Program-made: the position numbers and the translations under genes
Notes under the pieces: generated by a model
The model's input: only the letters and a program-made list of their open reading frames with translations
Database searches by the model: none
Told to the model about the DNA's origin: nothing
Shown: one piece after another, positions 1 to 10,500 of the stretch
How the letters are laid out: each line of letters opens with the position of its first letter
Position numbering within the stretch: position 1 is the first letter of the stretch
Assembly (NCBI GenBank): GCA_964016885.1
Contig: OZ024747.1
Span: forward strand, 83,204,001 to 83,268,000
Length of the DNA stretch: 64,000 nt
Direction: 5' to 3'
Source: Eledone cirrhosa
Lineage: Eukaryota

Positions 1-735
1 CTACTGCACATAAATTTTGATATGTGATGATCAAGATTAGCTGCCAGACTAGCTAATAGGCAGACTGACCAAATGATGTGGTAAGAGATGGGAAAAAAAA
101 AGATGGGAGAAGGGGTTCAAGAGGCACAACCCTATTGTGTAAGACAAGGGAGGGGAGATTCTTTTCTTTTAGTATTACTGCTGCTTTTTTTAAATTTTTT
201 TTATTTTTTTTACAATGGTGATTATAGAGAGGGTGGGAGGGAGTTTGGGGGGGGAGATAGAGTACTGAAAACATGTACAACAATCAGAGTTCAAAGAAAC
301 AAGTATAGGAAAACAATGTTTCCTTAATAAGGTTTCCTATGTTTCCAATGTTAGATTGGAGGAAACAATAATAAATGGGTCTCTGTGAATTGTTTAATTT
401 ATCCGATTTCTTTCGCGTTCTTTGTGATTTTTACCCATCTTGTTTTGTTTTTTGTTTTTCTGTATTTTTTTTACATTTTCCTTCTTGCTTGCTTTTGTTT
501 GTTTTCTTTTGCTGTTACAGTTCACATTTTCTTTTTTTTTTAATGAAAGAGAAAAAAATGATATCTCAAAGATTTCACCTCCTCCTTCAGTTTAAAAAAA
601 AATGAATAACATAACACACACTTTCGTTTGAGAACGACTGAAAGTGTTTTTTTTTCAGACCACAGCAGTGTTTGTGTAGGGACTATTCCCTGCAGTAGGG
701 CACACAGTAAGCAGTATAAGTTAGGTTTTTTTTAT
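1..735 (-). other. Probable 3' UTR / downstream region of the KCTD gene
   Basis: Follows the TGA at 738-736. An AATAAA at 736-731 overlaps the stop. The true transcript end cannot be determined. Confidence 0.5.
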
Positions 736-765
736 TCACATTCGAGATCCTTTCTGTTGTAACAC
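736..765 (-). CDS. KCTD5: KCTD5/2/17-family BTB protein, terminal coding exon (VLQQKGSRM*)
   Basis: Acceptor TTTTTCAG (AG at 767-766), then GTG TTA CAA CAG AAA GGA TCT CGA ATG TGA. The C-terminus matches the KCTD5/KCTD2-type ending (xLQxxGSRM). Phase-0 join with exon 2251-2376. Confidence 0.9.
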   Translation of the reverse strand: MLQQKGSRM

Positions 766-806
766 CTGAAAAACAAAAATAAATAAATGATTTTTAAAAC
801 ATATAT

Positions 807-1080
807 TAACCCCTTTTGCTACCAACCCACCTGAAACTGGCCCTTGTTTTAGGATTCAAAAATGCTCCTTTTAAAATGTTTATACCCATATTAAAACCTT
901 TGATACTAACTCACTGTGTCTAATTTTGTGACACATTTAAAGTATTTATACTTATGTTAAAACATTCCATCATAATTTTATTTACGAACATTTTGTTAAG
1001 ATATGTTTAAAAAATCAGCTTAATAGTTAGTTATTTTATGAAATCCTCCAAATTCTTGAATATTTTCTAAAATTTAACTT
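807..1080. mobile_element. Degenerate TTAA-flanked MITE (family B), approximate extent
   Basis: Starts TTAACCCTTTTGCTACC. Internal sequence resembles 47431-47816 and the reverse of 45219-45444. Confidence 0.45.
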
Positions 1081-1499
1081 TCCTTGTGTCCATATCAATT
1101 CTCATTTCATAGAAAACTGTTTGATATTACATTAATATAGCTCTAAGCTAGCATACCAGTCATGTAGCTTTACTGAAATGTAATTCTGATATTTTCTATC
1201 AAGTCTGGGCTTGAAAGAGACACGGGAAGCTCTTGCTCAGTAATAGTGGTTGTAATCTTCTCTTCCAGTATTAAAAAACACTCCTAAACTAAAGAATCTA
1301 AAGAAATAGGACAATGCTCACACTATGATTATTTTAGGAACTAGCAGCTAAAAGGAATATGTATTAACAATGTAGCCATGGCCACTTTTTTTATGGCTGA
1401 AACAAATCAGGAAATGTATGTTATCACTTTTGATACAAACTCGCCCAAAACCAACACTAGTTCTATGAAACAAAACCACCCATTATAAAGGGTTCTTAT

Positions 1500-1670
1500 T
1501 TAACTCTTTAGCATTTACATTGCTCTATATTTACTATTGTATTTTCATGGTAAACGCTTTATTTCCCATAATTATCTCACATAATATTGAATCTATGAGA
1601 TTTTGATGATATTCATTTTGAGAACAATACCTTAACATCAGTATGAGCAGCTGGTTATGGCCAATTTCAA
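1500..1670 (+). mobile_element. piggyBac-like MITE family A, partial copy
   Basis: TTAACTCTTTAGCATTTACATT... is collinear with the full copies at 42609-42830 and 44483-44691. Confidence 0.75.
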
Positions 1671-1704
1671 TCTAATGTTTAAAAACTTTAATTTTGGAAT
1701 GGAA

Positions 1705-1985
1705 GATGTTGGTGCCATAAAATGCACCTAGTACACTCTTGGAAGTGATAGCATTGGTGCCAAAATAAAATGTGTTCAGTACACTCTATAAAGCAGTAGT
1801 GCTGGTATCACAATAAAATGTAGCCACTATACTCTGTGAAGTTGTAAGCCATTCAGCTATAGAAAGAATGGCATGTTAAAAATGGAACATGAGCAAGACT
1901 TTCACCGACCCAACTAGTCTCAAATTGTGACAACCCATTCAACCCATGCCAGCACGGAAAACATGCAAAATAATTATGAAAATGA
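1705..1985 (+). mobile_element. Degenerate SINE/LINE 3' tail with internal ~45-50 bp tandem units
   Basis: Three GGTGCCA..AAATGCACC..TACACTCT units, then CAACCCATGCCAGCACGGAAAA, similar to the RTE 3' end at 62655-62963. Confidence 0.6.
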
Positions 1986-1992
1986 TTTGTGA

Positions 1993-2206
1993 TTTAAACC
2001 AGCCGTATCCGGCCAGAATTCTCTCACCTCTTTCTCTTCAAACCAGCCATAACTGGCTGCTCATACTGATGTTATGGTATTGTTCTCAAAATAAATAAAT
2101 ATCAAAATCTCATAGATTCAATATTATGTGACATAATTAACTGAAATAGTTTTTACCGTGAAAATACAAAAGTAAATATAGAGTAATGTAAATGCTAAAG
2201 GGTTAA
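1993..2206 (-). mobile_element. piggyBac-like MITE family A, inverted near-full copy
   Basis: Reverse complement of 42609-42830, ending ...TAAATGCTAAAGGGTTAA. Confidence 0.8.
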
Positions 2207-2250
2207 ATAAATAAATAATCAATGTAATTAGAATACAAAATAATGCTTAC

Positions 2251-2376
2251 TTTTGCTCTATCAGTAGGTTCATTTTCTTGTCCATTGACAATATTAGGGC
2301 ATTCTTTAGAAACCACACATAGAAATTCTACATGATCTTCGGTTCCATATGTGTACTGTGAACCAATATTTATTAA
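2251..2376 (-). CDS. KCTD5: KCTD5/2/17-family exon (LINIGSQYTYGTEDHVEFLCVVSKECPNIVNGQENEPTDRAK)
   Basis: 126 bp with AG at 2378-2377 and GTAAG donor from 2250. Encodes the conserved KCTD5 C-terminal-domain motif IGSxYxYGxEDxxEFLCVVSKE. Confidence 0.95.
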
Positions 2377-2759
2377 CTGAAATTAGAACAAAACATAATA
2401 ATTACAGAAACAATGAAGAAAACAGAAAATAGTTCTAAACTATAACAATGAGAATTCATACAAGAGATAAACTTCGGTGTTGAAGTGTGGAGCAAGCAGA
2501 TTGCTAAATTTGGCAATGGAATGGAATTATTAGATGTCTACAAGTCATGTGCCTTCTTTAAATGAATGAGTGTATTTCAAATATTATTTACGAACTGTGT
2601 ATACACACAAACATAAATTAGAGAAAACATTTCTAATGAAAGGCACTGCCTATGATTTTCAATTAATTTTGAAAATAATCAAAAATTTGGAGAGAATGGA
2701 AAACCTTTGGATTAATACTAGACCACCAAGCAAGCACCAGGAATGTCACAAATAATTTT

Positions 2760-2880
2760 TTACCAGCTGAGTGGAGTGAAGCACTGTGAAATAAGGTGTC
2801 TTGCTCAAAGACAAAATATGCCATCCAGTTTGGGAACTGAACTCAAGACTTGAGCACAACTCCCTAACTGCCAGGATACA
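2760..2880 (-). mobile_element. tRNA-type SINE fragment
   Basis: CAGCTGAGTGGA..GTGAAATAAGGTGTCTTGCTCAAAGACA. Similar copies at ~4680-4935 and ~48620-48900. Confidence 0.6.
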
Positions 2881-3646
2881 TACTTTCATCGACTAAGATA
2901 TAGCAAGAAAAAAATAAACACAAGATAATATTTAGACTACAAATAGAGAGAAAACTGTATAATAGCTTGCTTATATTGTTGGAGCATAAACAATACTTGT
3001 TCTAAAGAAACACACAACAACAACAAGCATTTTATGGTCATTTTCAGTGAAAGCAGAGATTAGCCATATGACAAGGCCCCTCCATTTTGCCCTATTGTCT
3101 GCAGCATCCCTTGCCTCACTAACTAGCTTTCATTTCCTACACAGAAATACATAATTTAGTTGCAAAGTTCATTCATTGGCATTTATGTGATAAATACAAT
3201 TATTAAAGATCAAAACATAATTATGATGTGAAAATATAAATAAATAAAAAAACAAAATAAAATTTTTGTCAAATCAGTATAGTAAAACGCTGTCTGATGT
3301 AACAATGAAAAGAGATCAATAACAGCAAACTGATCAAACATTGATAACAGATGATAAACAACAAAGGTTGATGAAGCTAATTAACCCTTTTGTTACAGTA
3401 TTTCTAATAAAAGACATTGCATGGCTGCAATCTAATCACTGAAAAGAGCAAAAGACTGTTGTCATCAATATTTGCTTTACCTTATGGGTAGCCTGCATGG
3501 TTGCCACTAACCAACTATAGAGTTGTCCAGGGCACATATTTCAGAGAGACACATTACTGAATCTTAAAGGATCACATTTTTATACAAATTTGTATAATTA
3601 AATAAAATATACAATAATTCTAAAGTGATGGAGAATGTCATGAGCA

Positions 3647-3932
3647 GTCAGTAAAGTTAGGATTAACAATGACTATAATGAGGAATTTAGCATGCAGGTT
3701 AGTGTCCACCAGGGCTTTATTCTTAGCCCTCTCCTGTTTATTATCGTACTGCACGCTATAACAGAGGAGTTTAAGACTGGAACTACTGTATGCAGATGAT
3801 CTTACACTCATAGCTGAATCTATGGTGGAACTAAAGATGTAATTTCAAACCTGGAAGTATGGCCTAGAAACAAAGGGTCTTAAAGTCAACCTGACAAAGA
3901 CTAAAGTCCTAGTAAGTAGAAGAACAAAACAG
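3647..3932 (+). pseudogene. RTE-clade LINE reverse-transcriptase relic
   Basis: Collinear with 59862-60160 (VHQGxxLSPLLF..., YADDL, GLKVNLTKTKV), with a deletion and a stop. Confidence 0.85.
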
Positions 3933-4134
3933 GGCCTTGGTTTGACAAAAAGAGATCGATAAAAGTAAGTTTCAGATTTGAAAAATTGGCACTAGGGTTG
4001 ACATAATTGACTAAATCAAAGTGGTGCTCCAGCATGGCTGCAATCTACTGACTGAGAGAAGTAAAGGAATAAGAGAACAAAAGAAAGAAACCATTATTAT
4101 AAAATAAACATTGAAAGAGAAGTTGAGTAATGAC

Positions 4135-4230
4135 CTGTTCGAATTTCCAGCCATCTGACATAGTTGATACCATTTGTGTTAATTCCTCTTCTGAACATTG
4201 AAGTACTCGGTAAACATTCTTCATGTGAGT
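4135..4230 (-). CDS. KCTD5: KCTD5/2/17-family exon ([32 protein letters not shown])
   Basis: 96 bp with AG at 4232-4231 and GT at 4134-4133. Near-invariant family motif [27 protein letters not shown]. Confidence 0.96.
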
Positions 4231-4369
4231 CTGTAAAAGAAAGTAAGATTGGCAATATATGATTAAACCTCTAGCAAAATGATTCCATTAGAGAGAGAGG
4301 AAGAAAAGAGAGAAAGGGGCAGAAAGAGAGGAGGGGAAAAGAGAGAGAATGGGTGTCTGTGTACATTTT

Positions 4370-4441
4370 ATTTATATATATATATAAAATATATTTTATA
4401 TATATATATATAAAATATATTTTATATATATATATATAAAA

Positions 4442-4510
<69 letters not shown>

Positions 4511-4655
4511 AAATATATTTTTCTTCCTAATAATGTATATTATATATATTATATATATATATATATATAAAATATATTTTTCTTCCTAATAATCGTCTTT
4601 TTCTCCCTGTTTTCATATATATATATAATGTACATATGTATATATATATATATGT
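4370..4655. repeat. (TA)n-rich microsatellite with repeated AAAATATATTTT
   Basis: Directly visible. Confidence 0.9.
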
Positions 4656-4679
4656 TGCCGTTGGAGATCTGTTTGATTC

Positions 4680-4935
4680 TGACGAGTGTTCCAGTTTATT
4701 CGATCAACAGAACAACCAGCTCATACAATTAACATGCAAGTGGCTGAGCATTCTACAGGCAAATGTACCCTTAACATAGTTCTCATGGAGATTGAGCATG
4801 TGTCAAGGATGGCTCTTTGAATTACTAGTACCATGAAATAAAGTGTTTTGTTCAAGGACACAATATATGCCAAAAATCAAACTCATGACCTTAGGCCCAA
4901 GAGTCAAACATCCTAACCACTAAACCATGAGCCTT
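4680..4935 (-). mobile_element. tRNA-type SINE
   Basis: Shares TGAAATAAAGTG..TCAAGGACACAA..TCAAACTCAT..CCTAAC with 48620-48900. Confidence 0.6.
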
Positions 4936-5575
4936 CACACACACATACATATATATAAAGGATCGAGAGGACACTTTACTTGTGTCAGGGGTACAACAAC
5001 CTTTCTAGTGTTGGTGATCTACACCATAAATGCATCCAGTACATTCTGTAAAGTGGTTGGTGATTGGGAGGGCATTTAGCCATAGAAAACTTACTAAACA
5101 TAGAGTTGAGAAGACTCTTCAACTGTGCCAAGGACATGACAACTTCCCTACCACAATAAAATGCACATAATAGAGTGTGGGATCATATGTTGATCCCCGG
5201 CTCACTTGGAGGTCAGAAGTTCTGCTTGAGTATAGGTTGATCTGTGACATGTCCAAACCTTGCTAACAGGGAAAACAGATATTTGATGATGATCATCATC
5301 ATACTGCATTCCTTCTCAGATGGGCTGGGGACCTACATCCTTCTCATATACGTTACTGCACTTTACAACTATGTACAACCTTTAATTACACACAAACACA
5401 CATACATATCGCCTTCGCATGCACACGGGTTGATGCATACATCTAGTATGTACCACTTTATATATATATATTTATTTATTTATTAATTAAAATAACAGAT
5501 TAAAGTTTAAGCAAAGAATCGCTGCTTTCACCCTTAACGGGATCTTTCGATTTTAGTCTTCACATTTATTATTAT

Positions 5576-5624
<49 letters not shown>

Positions 5625-5824
5625 CACACATATAAGAGAGAAAGACACCAGTGTGTTATAAATTAGTAATATAAATCCTAAAATGATAGAAAGTAATTAA
5701 TTAGTTAATGTGTCAGAAGGTTATCCAGTACAACTTTTACCACATTTGGAAAACACACGTATTTACTGGACACTTTTACTATTGTTTCTTTTGAAAGCAC
5801 AGACGATCTTAGAAAACATTTTAC

Positions 5825-5916
5825 CTGATCCTGTTTGGCATTCCTTTCTGTGATTTTTTCCTTAACAAGTTTTATTAATGGAGTGATGTTATAGAATTCT
5901 GCCTCTTCCAACACAC
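5825..5916 (-). CDS. KCTD5: KCTD5/2/17-family exon, end of BTB domain ([G]VLEEAEFYNITPLIKLVKEKITERNAKQDQ)
   Basis: 92 bp with AG at 5918-5917 and GTAAA donor from 5824. Completes the Gly codon split in phase 1 with exon 41393-41501. GVLEEAEFYNI is the BTB/T1 C-terminal helix motif. Confidence 0.96.
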
Positions 5917-6379
5917 CTGAAACATTACAATAAGTAATAAAAAAAAAAGAACATAATTAAAAGATACTTTAGACAATGTGACAACAAAAGGAAATATGTC
6001 CCAAGGCTTTTACTGAGGAAAAAAAAAAGAAAATGTCCGACATTGAAAGAAAAATGAGATACAGTGGGGGAGAAGAGGGAAAACATTGTTGGTTTGTATG
6101 GAATTACAGTTGGACAAACAATACAAACAATAACAGCAGCTCCAGCAGCTCATAATAATGATGATGATGACAATGAATGGTGATTGTGAATTTCATAATT
6201 AAGAGCTATCAATATGATAGAAAGATGTTAACAAAGGACATTAGAGTTAAGTGGGGGGGGGGGGTAGATGGGACTTCAGAGAAAGGGAGAAATGAGAGCA
6301 GTAGGTACAGAGAAGGGTGGTGGTGGGGTGCTATAATATTCTCATAAGGAATGCTAGAGAAATGGTGTCTGAATGGAAA

Positions 6380-6545
6380 GATAAAGGTGGTGGTGGTGGT
6401 GGTAGTGGTGGTTGACGTCATAGCAGTGGTGGTGGTGCTGTCAGTGGTAGTGGTAGTGGTGGTGCTGCTGCTATCAGTGGTAGTGGTGCTGGTTGTAGTG
6501 GTGGTGTTAGTGGTAGTATATGATGTCATTGTTGTTGTTCTTAAA
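6380..6545. repeat. Degenerate (GTG/GTA/GTT)n trinucleotide tract
   Basis: Directly visible; source of the poly-V/poly-T ORFs. Confidence 0.85.
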
Positions 6546-6548
6546 GTG

Positions 6549-6736
6549 GTGGAGTGGTTAAATTGTTAGAGTATTTGATTCAGGCTCTTTAAATTCTGAG
6601 TTCAAATTCTGCTGTGGTCACCTTTGCCTTTTGTCCTTCCAGGGTTGATAAAATGAAGTACCTGTTAAGTACTAGGGTCAATTTAACTGACTTTCTCCTC
6701 CTCCAAAATTATTGGCTTTAAGCCTATGTTAGAAAC
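6549..6736 (+). mobile_element. tRNA-derived SINE
   Basis: B-box-like GAGTTCAAATTC, then CCTTTGCCTTT..CCAGGGTTGATAAAATGAAGTACC. Related copies at ~52665-52825 (+) and ~37370-37490 (-). Confidence 0.65.
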
Positions 6737-6737
6737 T

Positions 6738-6895
6738 GGTGTCCTTGGCCCACCTCCCTGCTCACCACCTTTCGCACATAGTTGGCTACCTGCAGGTGTA
6801 AGCCTCGCGAGGTGGAATGGCTCTTCCAATGTATCTCCCTCACCATCCTCCGGGGAAACACCTTCTCCATTAAGTCCGCCAGGGCCACAGGATGA
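6738..6895 (+). pseudogene. C-terminal fragment of a CRE-like non-LTR retrotransposon (restriction-like endonuclease region)
   Basis: Manual translation with one frameshift and a stop: GVLGP...CKPREVEWLFQCISLTILRGNTFSIKSARATG*, resembling the LxQRISxAxQRGNxxSI terminus. Recognised by motif only. Confidence 0.55.
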
Positions 6896-6986
6896 TAACA
6901 GTGAGAGATGGGGAGAGACAGAGGCAATGACAGTGGGAGTTTGTTTTTTTTTGTGTTCAGACCTGGTGTATGTGTATGTATGTTTC

Positions 6987-7307
6987 ACAGACACGACAGT
7001 GACCTCTGGCATCACGCAGTAATACAGAGTACCCGACCTCCCAAGCTGAAGCATATAGACAATATGCCCCCACACCTTCCCACTGCAAAGTGGTCGTGTA
7101 GGTTCCACGGAAAAAAAGCACCCAGCACTCACTGTAAATGAGGTTGGTGTTAGGAAGGGCATCCAGCTGTAGAAATCAAGCCAAAATCAGTTCCTGTATG
7201 AGCAAGGCATGGTCAGCCAACCAGACACTGGCCACAACAGGACAACCCGTCTAACCCATGCTAGTAGAACGGACGTAAAATGGTGATGATGATGATGATG
7301 ATGATGA
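6987..7307 (+). mobile_element. 5'-truncated RTE LINE (family B): ORF end, 3' UTR and (GAT)n tail
   Basis: Closely matches the reverse complement of 62655-63030 (WHHAVIQSTRPP vs WRHAVIQGTRPP; AGGAAGGGCATCCAGCTGTAGAAATCAAGCC) and ends in GATGATGAT. Confidence 0.9.
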
Positions 7308-7583
7308 CTCTCCTAATTAGTATTGTTGTTGTGGCTGTGTTTGTAGTTGTGTGAATGTAACAGTAGTGACATGATAATGGTTTGTTAATAACCAAAATAT
7401 CAATGCTGAGATGGTGGAATGTTAGTGGTGTATAACAGAGAAGTAGAAAGCTTTAATAATTGAGAACATTTTTTTAATTTTTTTATTGCAAACATTATAT
7501 GATTGAATTGAAATGAAATTATATCCATAATTTAGCATGAGAGCCAGTATCTAGAAATTGTGCAGATGAGGGTTGATGTGACA

Positions 7584-10500
7584 GATGTTAGTGTTGTTGT
7601 TGTTGTCAGTGATGTTGTTGTTGTCAGTGATGTTGTTGTTGTCAGTGATGTTGTTGTTGTCAGTGATGTTGTTGTTGTCAGTGATGTTGTTGTTGTCAGT
7701 GATGTTGTTGTTGTCAGTGATGTTGTTGTTGTCATTGATGTTGTTGTTGTCAGTGATGTTGTCAGTGATGTTGTTGTTGTCAGTGATGTTGTTGTTGTCA
7801 GTGATGTTGTTGTTGTCAGTGATGTTGTTGTCAGTGATGTTGTTGTTGTCATTGATGTTGTTGTTGTCAGTGATGTTGTTGTCAGTGATGTTGTTGTTGT
7901 CAGTGATGTTGTTGTTGTCATTGATGTTGTTGTTGTCATTGATGTTGTTGTTGTCATTGATGTTGTTATTGTCAGTGATGTTGTTGTCAGTGATGTTGTT
8001 GTTGTCAGTGATGTTGTTGTTGTCATTGATGTTGTTGTTGTCATTGATGTTGTTGTTGTCAGTGATGTTGTTGTTGTCATTGATGTTGTTGTTGTCAGTG
8101 ATGTTGTTGTTGTCAGTGATGTTGTTGTTGTCAGTGATGTTGTTGTTGTCAGTGATGTTGTTGTTGTCAGTGATGTTGTTGTTGTCAGTGATGTTGTTGT
8201 TGTCAGTGATGTTGTTGTTGTCAGTGATGTTGTTGTTGTCAGTGATGTTGTTGTTGTCAGTGATGTTGTTGTTGTCAGTGATGTTGTTGTTGTCAGTGAT
8301 GTTGTTGTTGTCATTGATGTTGTTGTTGTCAGTGATGTTGTCAGTGATGTTGTTGTTGTCAGTGATGTTGTTGTTGTCAGTGATGTTGTTGTTGTCAGTG
8401 ATGTTGTTGTCAGTGATGTTGTTGTTGTCATTGATGTTGTTGTTGTCAGTGATGTTGTTGTCAGTGATGTTGTTGTTGTCAGTGATGTTGTTGTTGTCAT
8501 TGATGTTGTTGTTGTCATTGATGTTGTTGTTGTCATTGATGTTGTTATTGTCAGTGATGTTGTTGTCAGTGATGTTGTTGTTGTCAGTGATGTTGTTGTT
8601 GTCATTGATGTTGTTGTTGTCATTGATGTTGTTGTTGTCAGTGATGTTGTTGTTGTCATTGATGTTGTTGTTGTCAGTGATGTTGTTGTTGTCAGTGATG
8701 TTGTTGTCAGTGATGTTGTTGTTGTCATTGATGTTGTTGTTGTCAGTGATGTTGTTGTTGTCAGTGATGTTGTCATTGATGTTGTTGTTGTCAGTGATGT
8801 TGTTGTTGTCAGTGATGTTGTTGTTGTCATTGATGTTGTTGTTGTCAGTGATGTTGTTGTTGTTGTCATTGATGTTGTTATTGTCATTGTTGTTGTCATT
8901 GATGTTGTTGTCATTGATGTTGTTGTTGTCATTGATGTTGTTGTTGTCATTGATGTTGTTGTTGTCATTGTTGTTGTTGTTGTCAGTGATGTTGTCAGTG
9001 ATGTTGTTGTTGTCATTGATGTTGTTGTTGTCAGTGATGTTGTTGTTGTCAGTGATGTTGTTGTCAGTGATGTTGTTGTTGTCATTGATGTTGTTGTTGT
9101 CAGTGTTGTTGTTGTCAGTGATGTTGTTGTTGTCATTGATGTTGTTGTTGTCATTGATGTTGTTGTTGTCATTGATGTTGTTGTTGTCATTGATGTTGTT
9201 GTTGTTATTGTCATTGTTGTTGTCATTGATGTTGTTGTCATTGATGTTGTTGTTGTCATTGATGTTGTTATTGTCATTGATGTTGTTGTTGTCATTTATG
9301 TTGTTGTTGTCATTGATGTTGTTGTCAGTGATGTTGTTGTTGTCATTGATGTTGTTGTCAGTGATGTTGTTGTTGTCATTGATGTTGTTGTTGTCATTGT
9401 TGTTGTTGTTGTCAGTGATGTTGTTGTTGTCATTGATGTTGTTGTTGTCAGTGATGTTGTTGTTGTCATTGATGTTGTTGTTGTCAGTGATGTTGTTGTT
9501 GTCATTGATGTTGTTGTTGTCATTGATGTTGTTGTTGTCAGTGATGTTGTTGTTGTCATTGATGTTGTTGTTGTCAGTGATGTTGTTGTTGTCATTGATG
9601 TTGTTGTTGTCAGTGATGTTGTTGTTGTCATTGATGTTGTTGTTGTCAGTGATGTTGTTGTTGTCATTGATGTTGTTGTTGTCATTGATGTTGTTGTTGT
9701 CATTGATGTTGTTGTTGTCATTGATGTTGTTGTTGTCAGTGATGTTGTTGTTGTCATTGTTGTTGTCATTGATGTTGTTGTTGTCATTGATGTTGTTGTT
9801 GTCAGTGATGTTGTTGTTGTCAGTGATGTTGTTGTTGTCAGTAATGTTGTTGTTGTCAGTGATGTTGTTGTTGTCATTGATGTTGTTGTTGTCAGTGATG
9901 TTGTTGTTGTCATTGATGTTATTGTTGTCAGTGATGTTGTTGTTGTCAGTGATGTTGTTGTTGTCATTGATGTTGTTGTTGTCAGTGATGTTGTTGTTGT
10001 CATTGATGTTGTTGTTGTCATTGATGTTGTTGTTGTCATTGATGTTGTTGTTGTCATTGATGTTGTTGTTGTCAGTGATGTTGTTGTTGTCATTGTTGTT
10101 GTCATTGATGTTGTTGTTGTCATTGATGTTGTTGTTGTCAGTGATGTTGTTGTTGTCAGTGATGTTGTTGTTGTCAGTAATGTTGTTGTTGTCAGTGATG
10201 TTGTTGTTGTCATTGATGTTGTTGTTGTCAGTGATGTTGTTGTTGTCATTGATGTTATTGTTGTCAGTGATGTTGTTGTTGTCAGTGATGTTGTTGTTGT
10301 CATTGATGTTGTTGTTGTCAGTGATGTTGTTGTTGTCATTGATGTTGTTGTTGTCAGTGATGTTGTTGTTGTCATTGATGTTGTTGTTGTCATTGATGTT
10401 ATTGTTGTCAGTGATGTTGTTGTTGTCAGTGATGTTGTTGTTGTCAGTGATGTTATTGTCATTGATGTTGTTGTTGTCATTGATGTTGTTGTTGTCAGTG

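Noticed and set aside
5705-5824. C-terminal part of the 69-aa ORF 5705-5914
   Set aside because: KCTD similarity stops at the GT donor at 5824; the rest is intron read-through.
6549-6620. tRNA gene
   Set aside because: Only a degenerate A/B-box-like SINE head; no cloverleaf can be supported.
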